DNA of 64,000 nt from Raillietiella orientalis (GCA_036172245.1 JAYWIR010000025.1:2294001-2358000); one strand, 5' to 3'. Positions 40,230 through 52,720 are shown, counted from the first letter of the stretch. Notes: a model not told the origin generated them from the letters alone. Translations and numbers: made by a program.

Positions 40230-40433
40230 CGTCGTGGCGTCACCGGGTGTCAACCAGTGCTGCACCCGAATCCTTCAGGTGAACCAGAGTCATGCAGCGG
40301 GGAGGAGGAGACTCGAAACCCACGACGCACCCATTTCTCTAGCATCGATCCTCTACGTGGGGATTCGAACCCACAACGCTTGGCACACCACGCACGGAAA
40401 GAGAAGTCACGTGATCACCACCGCGGGCCTGAA

Positions 40434-40705
40434 GTTCAAAACGAGAGCGTTCCGTAAGAAAGTGCCTGAAGAGGGGGCGCTGAGGGAGGGGCTGAACCGA
40501 AACGGGAATCCTTGTTCATTTCGTCTCGATCCCGACTTTGCACTGCAAATGCTTTGTCCGGACCCCATCGCCAGCCAGGATAGGGAAAAAGGCGGGGGAG
40601 GGGAGCTTGTTTCAGGAGAACGCCGCAATGAGAACAACCGATGCATCTCCTCACCCAGAAGCCGCTTTCTTGAGTCAGTCAGTGACCTCACGGCAAGCGT
40701 GAACT
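40434..40705 (+). repeat. Long inverted repeat, left arm (272 bp)
   Basis: Reverse complement of 41402-41673; 5 mismatches by manual comparison, only 1 in the outer 246 bp. Confidence 0.97.
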
Positions 40706-41401
40706 TTTGCGGAGATTTGTGATTTCTTTGTCGAGGGCTTCTCGAGCTAAATTGGCAGGGATGTTCTTGGTGCGAGGATTCGAACTGTATGGTGTCTGCC
40801 ACCGGATCGCGTTCGCGAATGGCACGCCCCCGCGGCCTTTGAGCCACGTGATCCGAATCCTCGAAATGAGTCCCGATTGTGAATCCTTTCCGAGACCTCC
40901 GGATGGAATCGGCACGTGGGGGGCATCGAGAAGTTCCCCGCTGCCATACAAAACCATCGAACGGCTTCCAGCCTCAGGAACTGTTTTTCCAGTCTCTCTC
41001 TCCTCTCGTTTGGACCGAGAGCGGCGACAGCCTCCTCCGCTTTCGGTCTGGCGTCGTTCCCAGCACGACCAACACCAGGTCATTCTCGATAGCAGCCTTG
41101 CAGTACTTGCAGTACGCGAGAGAGTGCTCCTGCGCGTTGGCACACTCTACAGCTGCGTCGAACACGGCCAGAGATTCAGTGCGAGCAGCAGACCGTGGCC
41201 GTTCCATGGATGCTTTGATGGTTCCAGTGACAACGCGTCTTCTTGCGTCACCAGTTCCATGTGGCATGCTGGCGACAACTGCTGCTTCCGGCCTCGAGGT
41301 GCCAGAACAGAGCTTCCTTTCCAGAGATGACGTGTGCGGAAGCGACGAAGAACCGCGGCCGTGAGGGCCGTGACTCTGTTTCAAACAAGCAACGTTTGCG
41401 G

Positions 41402-41673
41402 AGTTCGCACTTGCCGTGTGGTCACTTACTGACTCAAGAAAGCGGCTTCTGGGTGAGGAGATGCATCGGTTGTTCTCATTGCGGCGTTCTCCTGAAACAA
41501 GCTCCCCTCCCCCGCCTTTTTCCCTATCCTGGCTGGCGATGGGGTCCGGACAAAGCATTTGCAGTGCAAAGTCGGGATCGAGACGAAATGAACAAGGATT
41601 CCCGTTTCGGTTCAGCCCCTCCCTCAGCCCCCCCTCTTCAGGCACTTTCTTACGGAACGCTCTCGTTTTGAAC
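41402..41673 (-). repeat. Long inverted repeat, right arm (272 bp)
   Basis: Reverse complement of 40434-40705; the ORF track shows near-identical peptides on opposite strands. Confidence 0.97.
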
Positions 41674-42888
41674 GTCTTCCTGATAGACCGCTCTTGTCAC
41701 ACCCCCTATTCCAGGGGCTTCCTTTCCTTTGTTCTTGCTTCCTTCCTGGTTTCCCACTCCATGGTGTCTGCTAACCGCGTAACTCAGTTGCTCTTGGAGA
41801 GACTCTCCTTCGTGATTCTCCTGCGGGACGCAGGGAACACTCCATGTTTCGAATCCTCCCAGGCCACCCAACACGAGTCGAAGCAGCCTTCGTTGTTTGT
41901 GCGGCACATCTTTTTCCTCCCTTCGTGACGTATTTCTATGCTTCTCGACCCCGGAGCACTGCGCCTACGATGCCTCGAAGCTGAGCTTCCCTCTCTTACG
42001 GTGCATAATTAGCCACTGCGGTGTTTTGACTGTGATAAGGTAGAATAATAATTACCTACTTAATCGGTACCTTGGGTGAAAGATGGATGTCAAAGTTCTT
42101 AGGATTCCTAGGGTTGAGATAAAGTCGATACTTTTTTGACCACTTCTTCTGCGTTCGTTTGTCTGTTTGGTAGGATTGAGTTGACAGCAAACAAAAGCAT
42201 GGGGCACGTGAAAAGGAATTAAAACTGAGGAAAGCAGAAAAAGTGTTCAAGCCGACGAGCCTCTGTTGCTCTTTCATCGGAAGACCTTTCGCTCTTCTGA
42301 TATTCTGGGGTTTTTTTTGGGGGGGGAACGTTCATTCATTGGGAAGATTGGAAAAGCTGCAACGAAGTCGTGGAACTGAAACCAGAGTAGTTCCTTCCTG
42401 GAATCAGGGAATTCGGGACGCAGAAAATTTGGGTGCTTCAAGAAAATCCATTTTTTTCCCGCTACAGCGAACTTGTTGCGAACTGGTGCCAAATTTGCTG
42501 GCATCCCTTCCTTGAGGGAGGAATCTCTAAAAAAAAACACACACACACATACGTAGAAATCAGTTATCGGGACATCACGGTGTTAGGACCACAACAACTG
42601 GACTTGGATGTTCGAGATCGTTTGGATCACAAGGCGTTACAGAAATCATAACGCAATCCGTTTCACCGATCTCTCGCAGCTTCACTCCGACCGCATCACA
42701 GAAGTGTGCGACCGTTCTTCCGTTCCTGTTTGAAGCCCAGAAAGCCGTTTCTGGGCTCGGCTTGGGCTGAAACGGTTCGGTCATCGCACCGGGACGAGTA
42801 GAGTCTCCGTCGTTTCCGCCAGATAGTTTTTTCAGAACTCTCGTATTCGCTGAGATATTTATTTTCGTTTACGGAATTATTTATTTTA

Positions 42889-44425
42889 TTATTTATTCAC
42901 ACAGTTTAATCCCGTTGCACGTCCGTTTATCTCATACACTCTTGCCACGCCACTTTCGACAGATAAGCTGGAATAAGATTCTTCCTTGGTTACTTCCAGA
43001 ATGATCACGCTGGAGGCGAAGTTGTCTGGCTCTGTGACAACGACGGGTTTAGCGACTAAGAAGCGGTGAGTGAGCTGCCAATGGGTAAGCTTTCCTTGTA
43101 GATGATGGATCATTGCCAATTACCTTCATCGAGGTTCTCAATGACGGATACAAGCTGACTTTGGATTCAAAAGAATTCTTTTGATTCCAAATTGGCTTCT
43201 GAATAAATGATTCCAGTGTGCAAAAAAAAAAAAAAAAGAAGGTTCCACGGTCAGCAGCGCACATTCGGCGCGGCAGTGCAATCCCACTACGAATGCACCA
43301 AGGATGTACACCAGTTGCATGGTGTTATAAGCCACATGAGCTTCGTTGTTTCTGAAGACTCAGGAATCGACACCGCTTTTAATAATCATGCAGAGTGTCT
43401 TTTAAGTAGTGAATCATGGAACCCTGAGGTGCAACTCACTGGTGGTAAGAAGAAGGAACAACATTCTTTCCATTAAAATAGTGATCTGGACACATCCATC
43501 CCTCGTGAGTTTCCATGAACAGCTTCCGGAACGCAAAAATCCGTGGAGGCTCTGAGTTGCGATCCCGAGAATCGAACGAGCATGGATTCACGACATGTGA
43601 GATTCGAAATGCAGATGGGATTCCTCCTGGACCGAGAATGGACCCAATTTCCAAACTTTTGTGGGAATTTTCTTTTGCTATCTGTTTCTTCGTTTCAAGC
43701 AATTCTGAGAAGCAGCGCTGACTTCTTTTATGAAGGCTTCAGATCGTTGGCTTAGTAATGATTAGTAATTATGTATACTCAGCATAGGGCCTAGTGAGAT
43801 TGAAATGTGCCCTGTTCACGGGAACCGGCTTGAATCACAAGCATGTGACGCCATTTTCGCTCAGCTCTAATTAGTAGGAAATGACTCTCCTTCCTAACGG
43901 AAGCGACCTCCTAAGAACCAGGTCTTCTTCAACAAGCATAGAATTAATTTTGTTATCTTTTTTGTTCTTCCAACGCGCTTTCTCTCTCTCTCTTGCTATT
44001 TGTTGCACATTTTAAAAAATCCGAGATATGTTTGAGCAATGAATGAATACGGAAAAACTGTTTTTTTTGGAAGAAGCACTTTTCTTGATTGTGGGGAAAC
44101 CTTCCATATGGATTTCGGGCTCCAGTGACAGAAAAGATAGGCAATTTCGAAAGTCTTCGGTGAGCATTGGTTTCCTCTCTTCTAAAGTGGATACATTGGC
44201 TTGAGATCAAAAATCCGAATCAGGACGAGACGGCTCAAAGAACAAAGGCATTGGATTCCTTCCTTCGCAATAGATAGCCATGTTTTCATCAAGTAACGGC
44301 TTAAATTGAAGAAGAAAACTGAAGAGCTGCCAGGGATATTTCCATAGGATCACTTTGACGGTTGGAGAAGCTCCTTCGTAGTGCTTCACCTCACCGTGGG
44401 TCGGAGAGGAAAATTTCTTTTCCAC
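42889..44425 (-). pseudogene. Dynein relic: C-terminal domain segment
   Basis: KKQFFRIHSLLKHISDFL (cf. QE..RFN.LL..I..SL), VPVNR at 43811-43825 (cf. VP..W), GIPSAFRISHVVNPCSF (cf. P..FWLSGFFNPQSF), LVYILGAFVVG (cf. GVYI.GLFLEG), SGVARV (cf. W..RGVAL). 50- and 49-nt GT-AG introns; stop overlapping AATAAA. Confidence 0.7.
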
Positions 44426-45599
44426 AATATTCGGGATTTGCAGCTTTATACTGAAAGATCCGGGTTGTTTTTGCCACTTTGCTTCGAATGATAGAATGTA
44501 ATAAGGTAGCGGTTTTCACTTCCTGGAAAACGACTCAGAGCTACCAAAGATTGCTTACTCGTCTTCCGTTCTTGCCATTTTTGTGTTTTTCTTCCTCAGG
44601 AACACATGTGTTCCGTGTGATTTTGGAGGCTTCGCCATTTTGGTTCTTCTGCTACTCGAATGGAAATCAAATGCTTGGAGCCCATTCCCTTCGACCGCTT
44701 GCCTGTGCTTAAATTGCTACTATCTTCACTGCTCCTACCAATATGTCTTTTTTTTTTTTTGAGTATCTTTTCACCGTAAGAAATTATTCTAAAAAAGAAA
44801 CCTGCAGTTCTCTAAATTTGTACCTTTTCTTTCATCGAGAAAATCGTCGTTTTTTAATGGACAGATACAAAAATGATTCGTTTCTCATGATGCCAATTTC
44901 TTTTAACGAAATGAAACCAGGAAATCTCACATCATTTTAGATTTCAAAGTGCATTTTCGATGTCGGGAACTGCTTGGTGTCGCTGAAGACTCCCATCATA
45001 ATGGAATTCCCTCCACGGAACTGATGCTTAGGTTTCTTATATTGTGGATGCCAACCGTTTCTTCATTCCCATGAAATCCGCGTAAAAGGAACTGCTATTT
45101 TCCATTTTCTTATTACTAATTCACAAAGATAAGCATTGAAGTCTGATTTGCAGAGGAACGACAACTAATGACGAGATGGCATTTCTTTTTTTTCTGTACG
45201 AAATCGGCTTATCTTGGGTGCTTCTACATTGCGAGGCAAGCATCTATAATCACGTTGCTTATCTCACTCGTTCCAATCCTATTGTCTTGCTCTTTTTATG
45301 CCATTACTTCGGTTTCTCCTTTTTTTTGTCAGTTCATCCTCCTGCTGAAGCGATGGAATTAAATGAAGATGTTCCTTGAAGCATCTTTCGGATCAACCGG
45401 ACTCCGCTTCAACGTTTGAATTAATCGGAGTCTCCCTTGAAAAGTGGCTGCTAATGAAGAAAGCTTCAGATAATTTTTCCTTCCGTGCTCCCCTGGAGTA
45501 CTCACTTTCAAATTTACTTCAAATGCATTTGCCAGTATTTTTTCTTTCTTTCTTCCTTACTGATTTGGTGAGCGTATCGGTAATTGGATTATAAAATCT

Positions 45600-47200
45600 T
45601 GCACCAAACCATATTTCAGCTTGAGGATACACATTTTAGTTTCGCATACTGTGTCTGATGTTTTCCTTATCTTGAGCTTGTTTCAAAACTGCTGTTTCAC
45701 CTTTGACCTGCGTGTAGGACATGGATCTGAATATTACTTTATGTAGATCTTGATAACGGTGGATGATCACATCGTAACTTTTAGATCCATGTTTCATACT
45801 GAATATGCATTTTATTGCATGCCCATGTCAGGTGACGTATGCATAAGTGCCATTATTTGAAACAGTGAATTCATAACGACTCGAAATGTATATATATATT
45901 CATGTAATGCAAATTGCTATTGGTATCATTGGCCTAAGCCCAATTAGTGCCTCAGTGATCTGTGGATACACCAAAACAAAATGATGATAGCATTCATGTA
46001 GATACACCATGAATGCTATCATCATTTTGTTTTTATGACCTTTCAAAGAAGAAATTTCTGCAAACGCTTCCCAGTTCCAAAATATTTCCAAAGAGAAGTG
46101 AGCTTATTAGTGCATCGGTTTACCAATAGTGCACGCAGCTTCTAACGCCTCATTAGTGAGAAAAATGCTCCTATTCAGATTCTTCAACTTCAAACTCTTT
46201 TTCTTCTTTTATGATACATTTTAAAATTTTCATGATGAGTCTTCATAAAGTTCTGAAACCTTCCAGTTTTAGAACCCTTATCGTAGAGTTCATTGAATTT
46301 CTGATTCACTATTGATTCGACTGTTTGAATTCGGACCCGTCATTTCAAATTTCGGTGTCTTTCCTATTTTCGCGCTTTCTTCTATCTTGGCTCTTTGATA
46401 TTATAATTCCCACATTTTGCATTACAGTCTTTAAACAGATTCGTTGGTACTCACCGTACAAAACGAAAACCCACAGGATCAAGCACCTGACATGCACTGT
46501 GAAATTGGAGATGAATAAGCAAGGCAACGAAACGGGCTTTAGAATTTGCGTGATTCGGAAAGAGCAGCAAACTAAGAACTCCTTAAGTTTCTTAAGTGCA
46601 CGCACTACATGTATCTACAAGAAGCAAATTTTCAGGATCCTTAACCTTGAAATTAAGAGCCTGCTTCCTGTGGAAAATTCAAGTAAAAAATACAGCATAC
46701 TCGCAATTAAATGTATCCCGGAAATTGTATTTACGGTATTGAGAAATATTCAAATGGGTGATCATCGCCTGGAATCTTTGTTTGATTACCTGTAACTTGA
46801 AAAATACATGGAACCAATAAATGTTCCATTCATTGTAGTTATATTGGATCAAAGAGAATTGGACGAAAGAATGACTGACCATTCGTTTCAAAACGCACGG
46901 CTAGCAAAGTTTCGCAACATTAATTGTGCATTTAGTGAACAAAATTGGTGATTAGCATTTTTTTTTTTTTTTTTTCGGATAGACTCCTTTATAGAGAATT
47001 TTTTTTCCCCCCCCCCCTTCAATTCTCTGTCACCTCGTCACTGAAGTGAACTTGAAAACATCTGCTATCATCGTTTTTTTTTTTATTAATGACATTTCTG
47101 CAATTCAATTCAGGTTTCTTTATCAACGCCCTTTGAGTAGTTGTTTACGGATCTGCCCTTCAGAGAAAATTTTTGTCCTGTCTCGTTTAACGAAATGAAA
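45600..47200 (-). pseudogene. Dynein relic: AAA5-AAA6 segment
   Basis: DP* at 47145-47153 (cf. DPQ), LKPVSLPCLFISNFTV (cf. LINFTVT), MIPIAICIT (cf. PLIFILS), *NVYPQAEIW at 45609-45638 (cf. QN.HL...W). Confidence 0.55.
45973..46033. repeat. Perfect 26-bp-arm hairpin with 9-nt loop
   Basis: aaaacaaaatgatgatagcattcatg-tagatacac-catgaatgctatcatcattttgtttt. Confidence 0.97.
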
Positions 47201-47899
47201 ATGTTACTAATTGTACATTTAAAGTAAAACTTCACATCTCCTTCTGCTATCAAAGTGTAACATGATATGGGGAAATACATTTATTCATTAAAGTTCTGGC
47301 TTAGGTTGGAATTTGTTTTAAGTGGATCTAACGTACAGATTTGTTAAGGCAAAAAAAATTGTCGAGAACTACTTTTGTGATGCCCACAGTTCCCAAGCAA
47401 CTTGCCTTTATTTTATAAGTTTGTTTACGACTGATCCATTATTTTTATCAAATTTCATTGACTCTAGTGATCCTTCCCGAAAATGAAGTGACCACCAACT
47501 TTTATTTAATAAGGATTTCGAGGAAAGGCATCGCATAGTCATCACTGTGCTCCTCTCACACGAGGCCACAAATTCTACTGTCCTGGTTTTACACCTTTTT
47601 GACCATTCAGCTCATGCAGGCACACGGGTGTTTCTGTCATTGTATCTGAAAGGTCACTTCACTGCTTGGGAACTGGAGACTCAAATGAGCCGTTGAAACT
47701 GCACGCGTCTTCACAGTATAAGAATTCACTTGCAATTCCCGTAGATGAAAGCAAGTGTGATTCTCGCGAATGTACCTGTCTTCTTTTCTTTTTTCTCTTT
47801 TTTTTTTTTCAAAAAAAACAAAAGACAGATTCGTTGATACGCCCTCCTCTCCTTCACGTTGGCATGTCTCATTTCCCAATGCATGGGAACTGCTGGAAC

Positions 47900-48237
47900 C
47901 TTTGCAGCTCCATTACGAATTCACGGTTTGTTATTTGGCAGTCCACGGTGGTTCCTGGAGGTCCACGGGGCAGGGAATCAGGGAGACCGCCCGGAAACTC
48001 CCTCGGCACCGTCCACAAAACAAAAATCGGCCATTAATGGACTCGGTGTGAGGAAGGAAGCGGCTGCTGCAAATTGTCTGCAAAAGGAGACAATTGGGTT
48101 CCTTTCGAATGCAACTGCTCCTGCATGACGGCCAGAATCGTCGCTGCTTTGAATCAGCCATCAATTCCGTTTCCATCATTTTTTCGTCACCTTTTTTTCG
48201 TTTTTTCCCCCCTTTTTTGCGCTGCAGTTGCGAAAGG
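47900..48237 (+). promoter_or_regulatory. Probable Lis1 promoter and non-coding first exon
   Basis: CpG-retaining patch upstream of Lis1; candidate GTAGGA donor at 48238 and TTTAG acceptor at 48795, 22 nt before the ATG. Confidence 0.4.
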
Positions 48238-48817
48238 GTAGGATCACCACCCTCTCTGTGTGTGCATTGTACACTGTTTGAACGATGGCAAACTTTTTGC
48301 ACGTTGGCTGGGTGTGCATTGGTGGTGGTGGAGGTGGTGGTTGTTGTTGTATGCTGGCCCTCACCAAACGACCGGCAGCGACGGGTTTCAAGTTGTTTGC
48401 TCATCGTGACGTGTCCCTGTGTGTGCCGACCAAAACACACCTCGAAGCTTCCTCTGGAATCTCCCAAGAACCGAGGAAGAATAAGAAAAGTGTGGGTTGT
48501 CGAAAGTGTGGCTTCCCAGCCTGGGAAACATATGCCATCCGTAAATGCCCCAAAGTTTTGAAAGTGATGGATGGATGTTTTTCCGCTAAAAGTGTCGCAC
48601 GCTTAAAGATTTGTAGTCTTTTTTTTCTTTTTTTTTTTTTTTTTTTTTTTTAATAACTTAACATTCCACTTCAAATTAATCTTTTGAACATTGAATTACA
48701 TTACAGGAAAACAAGATTACCTATTTTTTGATATACTGAAAATGTGATGTGATATGATGAATTTCACATTGGATTTTGATTTCATTTAACTTTAGTGAAT
48801 TGCACGGTTACTTTAAA

Positions 48818-50446
48818 ATGAAAATGGTTTTATCTCAAAGGCAGCAAGAAGAATTGTAAGTAATTTGGTTTGAAGAATCAAAGAGCAAAGCACATCCATA
48901 TCTATTCAAAAAACCCTATTATCAAGAAACTTGCTCATCATTTGCTTATTGCATTAATGGTTCCATGTATTCCAGAAATAAGGCTATTGCTGATTATATG
49001 CTTAGCAAAGGATATTTTGAATCTCTCGAGGTTTTCAAAAAGGAAACAGTCATCCCCAATGATATTGAGAGCAAATATTCTGGATTGCTGGAGAAAAAGT
49101 GGACATCTATCGTTAGACTACAGAAAAAAGTGCTTGTATTTTGTAGATAACTGTCTCCAAGAGGTGTTTGCATTTTTTTTTAGGTCATTGATCTGGAAGC
49201 CAAATTAGCTGAAGTAGAGAAGGAATATATAGCTGGTGCTCCTACCCGGGAAAAACGTTGTCCTACAGAATGGATACCTCGACCTCCTGAAAAATATTCT
49301 CTGGCAGGGCATCGTGCTCCTGTGACCAGAGTGAGTATCTGTACAGTTTTCATGAAACACAATGACATCTGTAGGTGTTATTTCATCCGGTATTCAGTTT
49401 GCTATTGTCAGCTTCAGAGGATGCTAGTATTAAAGTTTGGGATTACGAAACTGGAGAATATGAAAGAACTTTAAAAGGGCACACTGACAGTGTACAAGAC
49501 ATTGCTCTTGATTCTACAGGAAGATTTCTAGGTAAGATGACTGCATAGGCTGCAACTTTTGTTGCTTTCCTCAATAGCTTCTTGTAGTGCAGATTTATCT
49601 GTTAAACTGTGGTCTTTGGAAACATTTGATTGTACCAAAACAATGCATGGTCATGAACACAATGTGTCCAGTGTGATTTTTTTGCCAATGGCTGACTATC
49701 TATTGTCAGCTTCACGTGATCGCACAATCAAAATGTGGGAAATAGCTACAGGGTAAATGAGTAGTTATTCAATGATCATCTTTATTGAATTGCCATATAG
49801 TTACTGTGTAAAGACATTTGTTGGCCATCAAGAATGGGTACGCATGGTCAGGGTGAATGGAGATGGGACTTTATTTGCTTCATGTTCCAATGACCAAACA
49901 GTGCGGGTATGGGTCATCAGTAGTAGAGAATGCAAAATGGAACTACGGGATCATGAACATGTAGTTGAGTGTGTGGCTTGGGCACCAGAAGCATCTTATT
50001 CATCAATCCAAGAAGCAGTAACAGTTGAAGGTCGAAAGATAAGTAGGACTGGCCCTTTCCTTCTTTCTGGCAGTAGAGATAAAAATATAAAGGTAAGCTG
50101 GGTAAATTATAATGTTTATTTTGGCTGGCAGTTGTGGGATGCTTTAGCGGGAGTAGTTCTGTTTACTCTGGTGGGGCATGACAACTGGGTGAGAGATTTG
50201 ACTTTTCATCCTGGAGGAAAGTATGTGCTGAGTGCTGCAGATGATAAAACATTGAGGATATGGGATTTGCGCCAGAAGCGATGCATAAAAACTCTAGAAG
50301 CTCATCAACACTTTTGCACTTCTGTTGGTGAGTGCAAACAGGAGGCTATCATAGATTAATGCATCTTCTTAGCCATTCATCACAGTGCTCCATATGTGGC
50401 TACTGGCAGTGTGGATCAGATAATCAAAATATGGGAATGTCGCTGA
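48818..50446 (+). CDS. Lis1: Lissencephaly-1 homolog (LisH + coiled coil + WD40), 410 aa, 8 coding exons
   Basis: Exons 48818-48855, 48976-49129, 49184-49330, 49375-49531, 49578-49752, 49801-50092, 50132-50327, 50373-50446 (1233 nt, all GT-AG). Peptides [59 protein letters not shown]. Confidence 0.98.
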
Positions 50447-51171
50447 GAGATGCTGCTCATTGCTTCTCAGCTGCTATCTTGGCACTGCGTATCGCTTCTG
50501 TGCAATACTGCTCTGTGCTGTTTGCATCCCTGCTTTCCAAATATACTTCTCTGTACAGCTACAGTATTTGGTGTTTGTAAAGATGGGAACCATCCCATAG
50601 AATATTTTGGAAATCAGATGGAGATGGGCATTAAGTGAATTAAAAGAAGAGGGATGAATAAACAGAATCTAAGAAAAATTCACAAATTTGCAATAAATAA
50701 AATCAATTAATGAGTATCCGTTTACTTGGTATTATTGCTTGGTATTTCAGCTGCACAATGCTTCCCCAAAACCAGTCACACAAAAGAATAGGCTGCAGTT
50801 GTGATACACCACTGACTGAATTTGTGTCAATGTATTTCGTATTTCATTAGTTTAGTGAAACCATTTGTAATGCACACTGAAGTGGAGACTACATGAGCGT
50901 AGACAATATGAAAACAACTTTTCCCATCTATGCAAAATCAAAAGCTATTGTGAATAAATGGAGTATTCCACAAATCCAATGTTCAAGATTATGTCCTCTT
51001 AATGAAAATTGAAAACAGAGTACATAGCAAGTTGCTACCATTGACCAACAACTTGTCTTACCAAAGGGACTGAACAGGATCCTTTTGATCTGGGGCTATT
51101 CTATAACATATGGCAATTCATAGTTTATTACTATATTTGTTTTTGCATGCTTCAAAAGCTCATGCTTCAAG

Positions 51172-52720
51172 CTAATGTATTCCTTCATGGTGTTCTAATG
51201 ATTTGATCTTCAAAGCTGCCTCAATATCATCTTTCAGCTGCAGCTGTGGCACAATCCTCTTATGCCGTTTGTTTTTAAACTCTCTTTCAAGAGCAACATT
51301 AAACGATAAAACATGAAGGAAACGTTTGCCCTTTTTTTCTTTCCATTTCAAACTACTGAAACAATCTAAATGAGATTTCTTACTAAAATAATTTTTGAAA
51401 ATGGGATTGTACATTCTATAGAAAATTAATGTTTCATGGTAATTGTCGAATACATCATCGTGAAATGAATATATTCTTGTGGTAGATTCTTCCTGGACAG
51501 TTGACCTATTCAGTGTATTTTTCTTCTCAGAAGCATACAAGTAAATTCGAAATTCTGACGGTCCCAGGTAGAAAAATCATAAATTCATACTTTATCTATC
51601 ACTTACTAATGTTCAAAAAGCAGTGATCAATAAAGTTTTTCCGTGAAATTTTAAATCTGTTGATTCTGATTACCACATTGATCTTTTCAAATTAATCTTT
51701 TGAACAATGGTTACAGTGTATACTTGGCAACTACCGTGAGTATTCGAGGTCTATCGAACTCCAACAATATTTTAGTTTACGGTGTTTCTGCCGTTGTCGC
51801 ATGTACATATTGTATACAAAGAACCACCAACGTCTAGTTTTTTTTATATATATATTCCTTGAATCTTGCAAAAAAAATAAAACAGAAGAAAGAAATTAAA
51901 AAACATCAATATCAATAAGACCCATTTCGTAACTACATGAATTCATCAAAAGATATCTCTGCGACCGTACGCGTTGGTGGTTTCGTCCAATGTGGTACAC
52001 ATTCCGTCATCTAATGTATTACAATTTGCATCATTGCGTCTCGAAAATTAAGGTTTGCCGAAAAAATTTCTTCCTAAACTTTTCCACAGCTTTTACGAAC
52101 AACAATCGACCAGTATCTATCACTTCTTAGTTATAAAAGAAGTTCCTTCTATTAAATGCTGATTAGAAAAATTAAATGAGAGAATGCAAGAGGAATCAGT
52201 TCGAGAGATTTAAGTATTGTGATTACAGTGCATCAGTCCTCAATTAGATTTATTTTTATTTTTACTTATTCTCGGCATCCCAGTGCTCCATTTAGTATGC
52301 TGCATTATGGATGTACTCCCAATTTCCAGGTTAACAAGGAGGGAATTGTTCCCATAAGTATTCTCATTGATAACAGCATGATCTACTAGCAACGAAACCA
52401 CAAGAATTTTCGTTTCAGAGAACACAAGCAAGCACGTTTTTTTTCCGCATAATTTCAAAGCATATTTCATAAATGTTTTTTTTTTTTCGTAATAGAACAC
52501 TCATAATGCAATATGCTTTCTTGATAATCTGTAAACGATCCAATTTTTCATCTTCTTACGTGCAAAACGCATTCCATACATTTGATACAACTTAGTTCAT
52601 AAAGCATCAATAAATTTTCGATGCGATCAATTCTTAGTTTTTCCATCCGCCAGATACATTTCCGTTTTTAACTTCGAAACATCTGACACCTATGTGATAT
52701 CTCCAAAATCCATGCTGACA
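51172..52720 (-). pseudogene. Dynein relic: AAA4 and stalk/microtubule-binding segment
   Basis: KYALKLCGKKTCLLVFSETKILVVSLL..NSLLVNLEI (cf. AG....VFLF.DTQI..ESFLE.INNLL.SGE), HWTKPPTRTVAEI (cf. WP..AL..VA), KWKEKKGKRFLHVLSFNV and RIVPQLQLKDDIEAAL (cf. MTBD W..AK...FL..L..FD and CC2 V.P). Confidence 0.6.

Noticed and set aside
1..42000. Hundreds of 60-350 aa ORFs in the GC-rich half
   Set aside because: Overlapping R/P/G/S-rich ORFs in all frames with no recognisable domains; expected from low stop-codon frequency at high GC.
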